A stretch of 64,000 bases of DNA from Azolla caroliniana (GCA_043228905.1 JBHGNT010000009.1:3968001-4032000); one strand, 5' to 3'; numbered from the stretch's first letter, positions 12,001-25,329 are shown. The notes: generated from the letters alone by a model not told the origin. Program-made: numbers and translations.

Positions 12001-15000
12001 ATATCGTCTAGTCAAACGACAACGGATGAATTGCATGAAAATGTGCCAGCTGAAAAAACAGTGAATTCTCTCTCTCTCTCTCTCTCTCCTATGAATTTTA
12101 TAATGTTTTATCATTTTTTAAGGACATTTTATTTAAATTTCTTTCTGCAAAATTTGGCCCAAAATTGAATATGCTGGCCATTGGATGTATCAGTTTTGTC
12201 ACCTACATTAAGTTGGTTTACAAAGGATATAATTAGACCTTCCTATCTGCCTTATCTACCATCACTAGATGCTAGATATTTCTTTCATAACATGCCATCA
12301 AAGCTCAAATGGAAATCAAAAGAATGCCTTGTACATTATGTTTTCTTAGGTTCTTTGGCCCATTGGTAATTTTGGCCATTATTTCTTTGTGCATGTGGGG
12401 GTCATTCTTTATATTCTTTCAGAGTGTCTGGCCTGATGTATGCTAATTGATGTTTGGTGAATCTCATCCCATAACAATCATAGAATGGCATGTCTTCAGG
12501 ATAATGTTTTGGGTGTCCTGAGAGAAATGGGGAAAGCTCATGTATTCGATAGTCCTGTAATTCCAAAAGAGAATGTAAGAAAGACTAGAGATGATAGAGA
12601 AAAGTCAACCCAAAAGTCACAGCTACCAAAACGTATCACACGATCAATGCAACGGGCTAGCAGGCATATGGTAAATATTCTTATTGTGTTGCTCTATTTT
12701 TCAATGTCAGGCTGTCACTTTCTTAAGAACGCTAACAAACTTTACAGGATGGGAATGAAAACAAGATTATTAATGGAGCCACAAATTGTGGTGATGCGTC
12801 AGAAAACATTGAAAGAACAAGCTTAGAGGCTACAGATGTAAATGCAAGTGTTAAGGTTATTACTGATACATCTATAAAGGAGGAGGCGGTTGCTCATAAA
12901 AAAAAGTCAATGAGAAAGTCTGGAAAGAACAATGTAAGGGTATCCATTCATAAGCAAGTCTAGAATTTGTGTTAATGAAATTAAAATATGTTGAATAAAA
13001 CTATTTTTTTGAGAATGTTTTGCTGAGAGAATTTCAAGTTTGGTTTCATAGTCCCAACACTGAAGCCACATCCTCTCATTTCATACACTTGGCTTCATGC
13101 CCAAATATGCTGCTGCTATTGAAAATGCTATCTTAGATGTTGATACGTATATGTAGCATGACTGAACAACACATCACTGGGCGCAATGAAATTTGTAACT
13201 ATGCATTTTCTACTGTGTAATTGATCATCAAATTCAAAATGGTGTTGGCTAACACGTATCTGCTCTCTTTGTGGATGTTTCTTACCAGAGGCAACAGAAT
13301 GACATGAAGGAGGATTTTGTAGATAGGGCTCAGAATCTCAATTCTTGTGGTGATAAAGACGTGGACATGATCATGGATACTATAGAGCATCTTGAAGTTG
13401 ATGAACACACACCCCAAGAATCTGAGCACGCAATTGAAAAATTGATTGATTTTAGTTATGGAAATATCGACCAGGGAAAAGGAACGGTAAGTTAATCAGT
13501 TGCTGCTATTGAGAATTCTAGCATAGGCTCTTTCCTTTATGAATTGATTGTATGTCGTTAGCCACCAAGTGGCAATTATCAGTTGTTTGCCTTGTATCTA
13601 TGCATGTCTTTTATTTGGATACAAGTAACTTTTTTTTTTTCACATCTTTTCATTGGTAAATCTGGCCATCATACCTTGAAATGTGATGGAACATTGTCGT
13701 ATAAGTTCTTTTAGTTTGCAGTGCATTTAGTCTGTGATGATATTAGAAGGGATAACAGAACTGTATTCTGCGCCCCTGGCTATGAATTTGATGATGTTGC
13801 ACTTGAGCTAAGTACCAAAGAGATGAAACTATGCTTTTGATATGTTTTCCTTTTCAATTTACTGGGTCTTGCCATTAAGAGTTTATTTAGTGTTTGTTTG
13901 TTACTGGTAGTTTATTTAGTATTTGTTTGGAATGGACTTCAACATGTTGAATCTGACCCTGCACTTGGTGATTGAGGTGGCTCAGAGCAGCAGCACTCTC
14001 ATAGCTGATATGTAGTGTAGTTGTGCTCATTACGCTGATGAGGCAAAATCTACAGCTTAGTTCATAGTCTGAAGATCCAGTTTCTAGGTTCTGATGTTTT
14101 GGGCTAAAGTCTTTTTCTACAGTCGGCTCATAAATGCTTTTAGAGAGATTGCATTTCTATAGAATTTCTATGAGTAAAGCTTCGAAGAAATAATGTTGAC
14201 AAAAGGCATTGTGTAGGGATGTGAATTCAAAGTGGACCTGCTGTTGTTCCCAACCTACTTGTCTATTGTCTCATTTGTATCCATGATGATATAATCCAAT
14301 GATTTCCTTTGCAACTATATGTTATCTTTTCCATTGCCTTTGTCTATCAACAGTTTTTATGTTTTGGTTGGTGCTGATGTGTGTACTTCTAATATCATTT
14401 TGCATCCATGTATGATGGGAACGTTTTTTCATGACAATCAAGAAAAATATTTGGTACAGTTACGTTTCTTCTATGTGAAGAATGCTATCAACTATATTCT
14501 GAAAAACTTATGTTTTTACCTATTACTTTTTCTGTGGCAGTTCTAAATCATAGAATGTTATTTCACACCATATGTTTATCTATCCATGCTTATATTATCA
14601 AAAGTTATAAATTGATTTTGGGCCTTGCGTTATGCATCTCTGACGCCTCCTTCCCATCACTTTCCATTAATAAAGGAAACAGCAAGAAAACAAAAATGGT
14701 AAATCTTCATTTCGGTAGTCTTCGGAATAGATTTTCCAAAATGTAATTCATTTATGTGCACCGCCCCAATCTAGGTATGTAGGTGCTAGGTATTCATAAA
14801 CTGTTTTTGCACTACCACCTTATGCTGCTGCCTGTGGAATTACCTTCCTATCACTTTCCAATAATAATGAAAACAACAAGAAAATAAAAATGCTTTACAT
14901 TCGGATAGTTTTTGAATTGATTAATGGTTGTGACATTGGTTATCCAAAATGAAACCCTTTTATATGCATGGCCTCAATCTAGATATGCATGCGTTAGATA

Positions 15001-18000
15001 TTCATCAACTATTTTTGCAGGTTGAAAATTCGGCTCAGCATTCAATAAACACAGAGAGTATGCTAGATGGGGAAATGAAAGGGAAAACCCACTCAAGATC
15101 CGAAGGGAGAAGATTGAGAAGTGCTGAAGTTATTGACGTTCCTAACTCTTCGCAAGAAATTTGTTCTGAAAGTCAATCTTGCAGGGAGAAGCAAACTGAG
15201 GTATGTGATTTCTGACCATTATACTTTTGCATATTTGTATAGGTCATGTTATAAGCAGTTTCTGAATTATTTGTAATGTGCGTAATTTTTATGATCTCTT
15301 TGTATGATCTATATTGTTTGATTGAACAACCGATTCTATCTTTATCAGATGATTCCACCCATAAAAGGGAAGATACAATCAAGATCTGGAAATTTTTTAT
15401 TGAGCAGCAGCCTTGGTTTTCCTAACTCTCTGCAAGAAACTGAGACAGAAAGACATGAGGAGAAGGAAGCTGAGGTATGTGGTTTCTGATTGCTATTCTT
15501 GTCAGATATTGATATATAGCTCATATTGTAAGCTGTTTCTGATTAGATTGATACATGCGTTCTAATATGGTTGTTTTAATCTGTGAGATGGACTATATTG
15601 CTAATTGAGCTCACTGTCTCTTTTATCAGATGATTCCATCCTTGAAAGGGAAGGCCCAATCAAGATCTGGAGAAAGACCATCGAGCAATTCTGAAGCTGA
15701 CCTTATTAACTCTTTGGAAGATGAAAACACTGGAACTGGAAGTCAATCTCACGAGGATAAGGAAATGCATGATTCATGCAGGCTGGGGGTATGTGATTTC
15801 TGATCATTACACTTGTTGAATACTGGTAATAGCATCTAGATTACATTGGAAGCAGTTTCTGATGTATTTATTTCACATGATGACCGGATTTAATGTTATA
15901 TATTCTCTAAGCTTTATTATATTCTTTGATTGATTTTAATTTTAACTGACTCTCGTTTCTCAGTTGGTTTCACTCACGAAAGAGAAGCTACAATCAATAT
16001 CTGAAGAAAGAACATCGAGCAGTTCTGAAGTTATTGACTTTCCTGACTGTTTGCAAGAAATTGGGAATGAAAGTCAATCTCACGAGAGGGGAATGCATAC
16101 TCCATGCAAAACTGGGGTATGTGATTTCTGACATTATTCTTTTTTAATACTGGTATAAAGAGAATAAAGAATAAATATAGATTTAGTTACCCTAAGCGCC
16201 ACATATAAGAAAAGGCTGATCAATTCGCACTCAAGTGTGAGCTGACTAAGGGCATTAGGGAAAATCATTAAACATAGGGTGATTTCAGAGTTTCAAATAA
16301 TTTCTGACATAATTATTTGAAAGAATTACCAGCTTTCATGACCTTGTTGAATCTTTTGCCAGCTGGATTTTATTGCTTGATTGAACTGACTCTCTCTTTC
16401 ATCAGATGATTCCACCTCCCCTCCCGTCTCCCGCAGTCCCGGTGTCAAAAAAGCTTATATCAGCTGCATTTGGTTTGAAAACTTCTCGTTCTGGTAGATT
16501 TATGTACCTGGTGGATAATCAGATGTATTATTAGTGTATGTTGTGTTCTATCCATAATGCAGATTTACATTTTCAGGAAGGTTGCTTGTTCCTCCTCTAG
16601 CTCATTGGTGCAGTCAAAGTATTGTACGAGATAAGGTGAATAGAGCCTCTTCCAGTTACTACATTTTCCTACATGATTGCTTCATTGATCTTTTTTGATA
16701 TATGTATATATATGTTCACACTAAGTTTATGATTGTGCTTTTAGGATGGAGGTATTGTTGCAATCTCTAATGGCTCGATGAACATGGGCACTTCTGAAAG
16801 TGGTAATAATGCTTACTAAGATTAAAATCTCTGAGTTGGAGCTTTCATATCTCTAGTTTACAAATCTTATCTACAGTCTAGTAATTATCTTTTAATATGT
16901 TTGTTTGATAGATTGAATTAAGTTAGGAGGCCAAATATGACCTACTGAACCTCAAAAAGGCCATGCATTCAATCATGAGTTCATACAGTGCAGTTTAGAG
17001 CAATTAGTGAGATTTGAACCCTGGTTTGAAAGTTCATAAAAAGGATAGCTTACCCTATGCATCCTAGAGATGAGGATAATGTATATTAATGATTGCACAT
17101 GACCAATGTGACAAGTCATGATTACAATTCTGAGTAGCGTAGGTTACCCACATGAAAAAACAAGATGTACGTTTCTTGAAAATCAAATAAAAAGATTGAG
17201 ACTTCCTAAAGAGAAAAAAGTAAGATATATTAACTTCTCCAAAAGACCATATTGGCCTACAAGACTTGACTAAGATAATATTAATTAATCAATTTAGTGA
17301 AAAGAAAAAACTGAAGGCATCTTTCTAGAAGTGGCTTGAAAACTATCAGGTTTGGTGCTTGGTCGAGAAATAAGTTTTTGTTTGGTGAACTTCAATTAGT
17401 ACCACAACAAATACCTTGTCCTCGGAGCTGGCTTTTTGTCATTTAGAATTACAAACACCTTACAGGGTATATGTTGCCATAAGAACCTCACTACTTTGGA
17501 GTAGTTGAGATAGCAAGGGCGTTTTATATTGTCATGTTTCAATAGAATCATACCTTTTAAAGAGAGAAAGAAAAAATAAATGTTGTCAGAAAAGAAATGG
17601 TTTGGTCTTGTAGGCCAAAATGGCCTACAAGAACAAACCAGAGATTACATTTTAAAATGTTGTCTCGCCTTGAGAACAAATCAAAATGAATGTAATTAAG
17701 AAAAGCACTAGTAAAATAGAACATGACTAAGGAATTTCGCTATCAATTCATGTACAATTGACATTTTTGTCTTTGAAAAATCACTAGCATAGGTCGATCC
17801 GACATGGAGAGATTTCTGAAGTGAGGGAAGCACCTGTGATTGCGGGAGTTGATGACCTTTATTTCTCGATGATAAGGGTGGTATTGAATCCATAAGTCTT
17901 CCCAGTGATGTGGATTTATTGGACCAATTGATGTTCTGTCAATCCATAGTCTCCTGATAGGGTTGAGGAGACCTGCATAACTGGCCATTAGCTAAGTTGA

Positions 18001-19361
18001 TAGATCATGACCCTGTTAATTGTGTTGTTGCACCTGGGTTGCGAAGGCTTTCATACGCATGGGTAGTCTAATGTGCCCAAGTGAAGAGAGAGTTGATAGT
18101 TTGGAACAAGCTGAAAGTTTGATGCATGCAATATTCCAATTTTGAGATTTGAGCATATTCCTACTTCATCTTTAGCGCCTTAATAATCTGTTCTTGATGA
18201 TCACATACTTCATAGCATCTCTTGAGAGCTCTAGTAGATCTTGTACTCTTCATCATTTTATAATGTCAAGAACCCAGCAAGATCAGAGGATTTTGCTCCT
18301 AATAGTTTTTTGTACCTTGCATTCTTTGTTCCAATCCTGTTTGGCAATATGTGATTGGGTATATTTGCGACTTTTGTGATCCTCTACACTCTTGGCAATA
18401 TGTGATCGATCAGTACCTCTATGGACATAGAGCCTTTTTCTAATATCATGATAGGATAGGATATTGAGGATTTAATCCCCAGTTGTATATGTAAGATCAA
18501 ATTTCGAAAATTTCACCCGACATTTCATCTCCATAAAGCATATAAATCGTAGTTCCCATCCTCGTGTATCACTTTTGGTTTTGATTCTCAAACTATTTGT
18601 ACCTAGTACTATTTGTACTGGTTCTTCCTTGTATGTGAAAGTGGCATAATGTCTTAGTTGTAATGCTTTTATTGCCATGTGTTTTATTTTGTTCTTGTTA
18701 ATAGCAAGCTTGCTTATTTGACAAAATGTTTCCAATACATTCTACTGACTGTTTCATATTACCCAAAGCATATGAAAATCGAACAGCATCATTAGCATAT
18801 AGGGATATAAAAAGAAGCTTGATCCCCATGTTGCTTAAGAAGTACCTTGAAAAATTGCTATCCATTTTCAATTGGCACCAAGTTGCTCATACAATTGTTC
18901 TACAATTGCTCTATTATCTAATAGCATTCCGATCTCTATCATTCTTTTTGAAAACTCTCTCCTTAGTACAATGTCAAAGACTTTCTGGAAGTCCACAAGA
19001 CAACAATATATCATTTTACCTTGTAATCAACTTTCTTCCATAATTATTCTTAGTATAACCATATGATTGATAGTATGGATCGGCGTTTTGCTAAACCGGC
19101 TTAGTGGCTCGGCTCGGCTTGGGCTTGAGCTTGCCTAAATGGTTTGAGCTCGGCTCGGCTCGGCTTGAGCCTTGCCAAGCCGGCTCAAACTGGGTAATAC
19201 GTTTATGTGATCGAATAGTTAGGTTAGAGAAAATCTTAAAAGTTAGAAATTAGATGGTTAGAAACTTGAGAGAGACTGACTCACTGAGAGGAAGCCATAG
19301 CCATCGGCAACAACTGTTGAATCGAAGACTAGAGTGACGTTTCACGAGTCTCCACACAGAC

Positions 19362-19402
<41 letters not shown>

Positions 19403-21113
19403 AACCTGCATACTACATAGCGGACGATGACCACCTCTTGCTGTCTGCAATTACTGACATTGTTTTAATCTCTGATTCACTGATCCTCTTCGGCACTCCC
19501 AACCTTTAAGCTCCTTGATGATGGCTGTTGATCTCTTCCTGTGATGATCTTCTTCGATAGTAGCCACTGATATTTTCTCCCAATTTATCTGCCCAAAGAT
19601 TGGGTCTATGTGGCATGCCCATGACATGCCAAGCTTAGTTTCTCAAAGCAAACACATCTTGAGAGCCAAGAATGTGAAAGATGTATACTTTCCTCTTTTC
19701 TAATTATATAATGCAATTGTTGCTTCTTGTGTTGAATCATCGGAGGTTTTTGTATACAATTATTATCCAACGGTAGAACCCCAGAGAACAAGTCATCATA
19801 TGAGCATAGCATACTCTCTTTTTCTTCTTCTTCTTCTTTAATACAAACATTTTCCTTATCTTTTATCGCTTCCCCTTTTTTATCTGCTACAGTGGATTCA
19901 TTTTTCTTACCTAACATATTGGATTGATTTGTCGGAGGAGAGGGAGGAAGAGAGAGGTTTTATTTTATTTTTAAAATCGTCCATAAAGAGGCCAATATTG
20001 ACCTATGGGACCAGAGTATACATGTGTTCTTGATATATGTCTCCTTCTTAAGAAGGGGTATTCATATGTTGAAGCACAAAGTCTCTATGTGTTAATAAAG
20101 CATACACATATGAGCTCAACCTTCTAGGTGGTTTCTTAAGTATGGATCTTAAGTTATCACTCCCTCTTAGTATGTCAACATATCTTTTGAACGAATTGCA
20201 CTATATATCGAGCATGTGAAGAGCAAGTGACATTCATCCTCTACCATGCCTTCATTTCATAGTTTACATGTCTTCAAATTCGTTACATTTTGATACCATG
20301 ATGCAACTTCAATACCTAACTTGTGAGATCGAGTGCGAAGTAGTGTAAGGGCTCTACGAGCATTGCTACTCATATTGGTAATGAGATAAGGTTGGATACG
20401 ATCATAGAGATGAGGTCGAGTGAAGAAAGCTCGGATTAAGGTGGCTATGGTGGCAAGGCCGAGGGCAAGCCATGTCCATGTGTCTTGTAGAAGCATGGAA
20501 ATTTTCATGCATGTCTCCATAGCCATCATATATTTGTAGCTGAGGTGGTCATGGTGGTCGTGGTGCTGATGTTGATGTTGAGGTTGAGGGGAAGAAGAAT
20601 AATGGTGAGGTGCACAAACCGGATTAGCCTAAACTGATTTAGGGATCGGTTTGGTTCAGGTTTAAGAAGCCCAAAACGGTTTAGGATTAACTGGTTTGGC
20701 TTGGATAAGGTTAAGCCTAAACCAAACCATTGCCGATCCCTAATCAATAGTCGAATGTTTTCGTCTAAAGCCTGGTGGACCGATTGCTCATTGGTGATTA
20801 TGTCAACCCATGAGTAATTGTTTGCTCCATGCTACTGCTAGATAAGTTGGCCATAACCTAGCTAACCATGATAGTTCAATTCATGATAGTTTGCTAGATA
20901 TTGCACCGCCGTCTATTGTATTTACACATTCTATAATTAATATACTTGCTATTTACAGAAAGAAAACAGAGCTTTTACAATGCAGGGTATTCAAAATTTA
21001 GGCCACCTGCAGAGGCGAATTTGCAGAATCTTCAGAAACGGCTCCATGAGGCTGCTGTAGAAGGTCTTAAGAAAAAAATAATGAATAAGAAAAAAAAGGT
21101 TAAATGCAATTAA
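9026..21113 (+). CDS. KNL2: Kinetochore-associated protein KNL2 (Mis18BP1 homolog): SANTA domain plus CENPC-k motif
   Basis: Predicted exons: 9026-9700, 11045-11125, 11230-11309, 11390-11534, 11617-12060, 12500-12670, 12748-12933, 13289-13486, 15021-15200, 15349-15474, 15630-15788, 15964-16116, 16406-16493, 16577-16635, 16745-16802, 20986-21113. All are GT-AG and frame-consistent. SANTA: VKLYRWYLIK..VAVGG..AAITKR..LMTQDGVEVRLIG..NGFSIEIVHMFLSGFPYTW. CENPC-k: FGLKTSRSGRLLVPPLAHWCSQ. Confidence 0.88.
17000..17065 (-). mobile_element. Degenerate tRNA-derived/SINE-like head
   Basis: The minus strand reads GGATGCATAGGGTAAG...CCAGGGTTCAAATCTC, with A-box-like and B-box-like motifs at tRNA spacing. 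Confidence 0.3.
18420..19060 (-). mobile_element. Degenerate non-LTR (RTEX-like) RT fragment in the last KNL2 intron
   Basis: The minus strand encodes a YCCLVDFQKVFDIV-like RT motif with downstream frameshifted RT remnants, similar to the RTEX-like copy at 49-54 kb. Confidence 0.55.
19074..20742. mobile_element. Non-autonomous hAT-like DNA transposon in the last KNL2 intron
   Basis: Imperfect TIRs TATGGATCGGC (19074) and GCCGATCCCTA (ending 20742). Subterminal GGCTC/AACCG repeat clusters occur at both ends. The 8-bp flanks are ATTGATAG and ATCAATAG. Confidence 0.65.
19958..20404 (-). mobile_element. 5'-truncated RTEX-like LINE (3' end only), nested in the hAT-like element
   Basis: Close reverse-complement match to 54270-54720 (DRIQPYLI..LRTRSHKLGIE..CK.C..EDECH, plus the 3'UTR TCCCATAGGTCA). 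Confidence 0.85.
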
Positions 21114-21945
21114 TCTGAACAACATATACAAGGTGTCGGTTGTCGTTTGATGTTGAAATATGCTGTATAATCCCTAATTCACACTAGTAAATTGCGTTTT
21201 CACCGTGCATTTGTTAAGTTATGATTTATACAAGTTCATTATTGTCAGCGAGCATGTATACTTTATTCAAAGGTTGAAGTAGGTGAAACAATGAGTTATG
21301 ACAGCATTAATGTTGCATGTTCATAAAACAGTGCCCTGTAAATTAGATTATTTAGCACCACAAAACTTTTCCTATTATTTAGAAAGCTTTATATATTGAT
21401 ATTTAAAAGCAGTGACTTCTGATCTATTAGTGGTTACATGTACTATACGTGAGAATTTGTAGTCTAAATTGTGCATTTGAAACGGACTTTATCATGTATA
21501 CAAGAAATGTGTGATTCCAACCGTCCAGATGGTGTACTTCAAGGTGTATTATCATCTTGCAAGAGCAATTCGTCATTATATGGTTGACAATTGCTTTGTA
21601 TTTCAAGACCATTCAGTTTGAGCACTGTCTTACCATCCTGGATCTCTTTATTATATGCCAGCAGTCAATGACTTTAGTAGAAAGGTGCGGGTTTATTTTC
21701 TTTGACAGAAGGCTAAAGCTTTTAGCAACATAAAAAAATGGTATAAATTTGTTAAGTGTGAGTTTGGTAAGTTGTAGGAGCTACGACTTGATCAAGATGG
21801 TGAATTCTTATTGTTGAATCATGTGAATATTGCCATGAGCCTGGCATTAAGTGCCAACTCACAATCGCATACAAGTACAATAAGTATGGCATTGTGGAAT
21901 GTTTGAATGGAATTGTTGTTGAATTGTTGTTGAGATGGCAAACAA

Positions 21946-22000
21946 GAACTCATTTCTTTGACATGAAAAGATGATGTCCTAACCACGAGACCAAAGGGAC
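21946..22000 (-). pseudogene. trnE: Degenerate mitochondrial-type tRNA-Glu(UUC) fragment (probable NUMT)
   Basis: The minus strand reads GTCCCTTTGGTCTCGTGGTTAGGACATCATCTTTTCATGTCAAAGAAATGAGTTC. This closely resembles land-plant mitochondrial trnE as recalled from memory (GTCCCTTTCGTCCAGTGGTTAGGACATCGTCTTTTCATGTCGAAGACACGGGTTC). The 3' acceptor half is lost. Confidence 0.65.
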
Positions 22001-22045
22001 TTGGCTCTAAAAACCTGATGAACACATATTTGAATCAACTGTACA

Positions 22046-22113
22046 TCCAGCCAAATGCTTATGGCAATGGTCTCCAAAACCAAAGGTTAAGAGCTCGAGT
22101 CCCTTTTCTCTTG
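22046..22113 (+). pseudogene. trnW: Degenerate organellar-type tRNA-Trp(CCA)-like fragment
   Basis: CAATGGTCTCCAAAACCAAAGGTTAAGAGCTCGAGTCCC contains a GGT-CTCCAAA-ACC anticodon arm and a decayed T-arm. Confidence 0.45.
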
Positions 22114-22699
22114 ATTACTCGACTTGGTATGAAGAGGTTGTAGGTTTCTTTACCTTGTTTTATCACTTGAATAGTCGAGATGACCTAGAATAGGCCTCTC
22201 TCCAAGCCCATACATGTCTATTGCTAGGGTTCTTCCTCATCCATAATACTTTGCAAACTTTTTAGTTGGTTAAACTGAGCTATTTCTCTTGGAAATAGAG
22301 GATTCATCAATCCCCCCTTCTCGTATGTAGGTACAACCTATTTGGAGATACGAATGATGTTAAAAGGCCATTGTTGAAGTAGAGGGGATGATAACTTTTG
22401 TGAAGGCAAAGCTTGGAGTAACATAATTGAATGATTATTTGGGTAATAATAGAATCTAATGCTACTTCTGCTTTCATTCAACAAAAGCAGTTGCTTTGGT
22501 TGCTTGACATTTGTTGTTAAACATTTTAGGAGGGTGTATAAGGACCTACTGTTCTCTATGGCGATGTACAATTGCTTCATATCAAACTACTAAGTGTCTT
22601 CACTATTACTAGACCTATATAAATCAAGCCTATTTGGGTCTTTGGGTTGTCCAATGACAACCAAACCATCTTTCTATTGTTTCCCCAACCACTCAAACT

Positions 22700-24630
22700 C
22701 TTTTACTAGATTCTTGGTAGTCCCTTTCCCAAAGAAAATTGGGAAGTGTATCTTTGTAGGTTGGCATACAGTTAGCCACCCGGGTTGTTCAGTCTCAAAG
22801 GTATGGTTCGGGCATGTGTTGCTTGACCCAACAATGCATCGAAGCAATGATCACAATAGTTTACATTCTCAATTAGAGCTACATGAAGGCACTTCAAGGG
22901 AAGACACCACAAGAAGTGTATTCGGGCCAAAAACCTTCAATGTTGTAGTAGGACCTTTGGGTGCACATGTTAAACACATGATCTGGACATTGATAGGAAG
23001 TTGAATGCTAAAACCAAGAAGTGTATCTTTGACATCAAGTAGAGTTGAAGGCTTCTCAACTCTATGATTCAGAGGCAAGAAAGATGTTGACAATTTGTGA
23101 TGTGTTTGATGAAGAACAATCACGCCTAGTTGAAAAATGGGTTCTTAGGTTATCCCATCAATCAAAGATGTATTCCAGCCAATGGCAATCTATTTTCTAG
23201 GAAAATACATTAAATACTTCTTAAATTTTAAAGTATTTTTAAAAAACTGTAAACATTTAAAAATTTTGAAACTTATTTGAAATGTTGAATACTTGTTAAA
23301 TACATAAACTATGTGAAATATTACAAAATGGCAATTCTAAAACATAGAATACGTGTAGAATACTTTATAGTACTCTAAAACGCAGAATACACGTTTCTTA
23401 ACAACTATGACTAAGAAGGTGATAGGCACCAAATGGGTGTGGAAAGCAAAGTATAATGCAAATGGTTCTTTTGAGAAGTTCAAGGCTAGGCTAGTAGCGC
23501 AAGGGTACTCCCAAATCGAAGGATATGATGTACAAGAAATGTTTGCTCGGATAGCTTGAATGACGGCAAGTCAAATGGTCATAACTTTTCTTGAATCAAG
23601 AGCATGGGTGATTAATCAGATCAATGTCACAGTGGTAATTCTGAATGGGCATCTAAATGAGGATTTATATATGATGCAATCACACTAGGGTTTAAATTGT
23701 TGAATTTAGAAAATAAAATTTTCAAGTCGAAGAAGGTAGTGTATGGTTGGAAATAAAGTTTGAGCTTGGAACAAGACAATAGACAATTTCTTACAATGGA
23801 TTGACTTTAAGCAATGTGCTTCTGATGCAAGAATATATACAAGAACAAAGGATGGGAGACAAATAATCATTATCATCGACGTGGATGATAAGTTACTTAG
23901 AGGTATCTATGAAGAGTACATTGGCCAAAGACAAGGGTGTTTGTAAAATGAGTTTGAAGTGACAAACTTGGGGATTTTACACTATGTTTGAACAATGTTT
24001 GGCAAACCTTCGTTTGCATCTTCATGCCACAATAAAAGTTTGTGACAAAGATCTCGAAGGCCTTTAGGATGATTGACTATAAGCTGATGTTGACTTTGAT
24101 GGAGTTGAATCGCAAGCTATCCTAAAAGACCCTTCATTGATGGTTGACATAAGGAAGTACACACATCTGATAGGGAATCCAATTTTCTATACAACACTAA
24201 GGTGAATATTTGCGTTGCAGTCGGTTTAATAAGTTGATTAAACAACAAACTGAAAGAGACTCATTGGAAAGCTATGATGTGTGATTAATGTACATAGTGG
24301 GTACTTTAAATTATGGAATCTTCTACAAGACAATAACATGACCTTGGCCGTTAGCCACACAATTGACAAACTTCGTGGCTATCAGGGCCGTAGATAGTTA
24401 TTCCTGAAAATCGATTTCTGGATATTATTTTCCAATGGGTTTTAGAGTTCTTTCTCGGAGCAGTAAAAAGCAACCAATGGTGGAATTCTCTTCGGCGAAG
24501 GCAGAATAAAAAGCAACATTGCTTGGCCATTTCTTGGAACCCCACAATTCATCATATACCAAACCCATTTCTTGGAACCCCACAAAATGGATAATGAGAT
24601 TGTTGAGCTTGAGTATTGTTTGACATCAAC
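22700..24630 (+). mobile_element. Heavily degenerate Ty1/copia pol remnant (IN-RT-RH)
   Basis: Recognisable pieces include KLNAK..KCI, IGTKWVWKAKYNANGSFEKFKARLVAQGYSQ, LNGHLNEDIYM, II.DVDD and SSKKQP, broken by many stops and frameshifts. An AT-rich insert sits at ~23200-23410. Confidence 0.75.
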
Positions 24631-25329
24631 CCATTGAGGGGTTTGTTAGATATAATCAATGATCAACCCCAAGTTGTTAGTTTATCCATTTTTAGAGGGC
24701 ACATTTTTATATTATCACCTCAAATGAGGAGTAACTATTATCGAACTTCGCCATATGGGTATCAATGTGGGAAACCTGTAAATGAGTAGGAAAGAATGCG
24801 TTTAGCAAAAAGTGAAGTAGGGTAATAAAGTTGACTAGTCAAGCCAACTAAAAGAGTACTCTTTGTTGGTTGGTTAAGATATACTTACTCTTGAAGTATA
24901 TGCCATTGACTTTAAGACAAGCAATATCCACCACTAGCTTATATTTGGGAAGCTAGGTCATATTAAATGGCAAGTTGATAGAAAAGGAATATCTCCACAT
25001 AAGAAAAGGAATATCAAATGACTTGCACATTATATAAATAAGAAGAAACACATAATATAAATATCTAGTCCGTGTCCTACACAATTCTTGTGGCTATTAT
25101 TGTGTTAACTAACTATACAATTGACTAGTCCAAATCCCATCTAAACTCTAAGGTGTGAGTGCAATGGAGGACTACCATTGTGAACTACTCTCATATATAG
25201 TACAAAGTTTGTATTGACCCCATTGTGAGCTACTCTAAAGTGTTATAGAAAGTTTGTATTAACATATATACATTTACATGAGTGTAACTTTATATGCTTA
25301 TCTAGTCAATTCTCAATATTTTTGATAAT

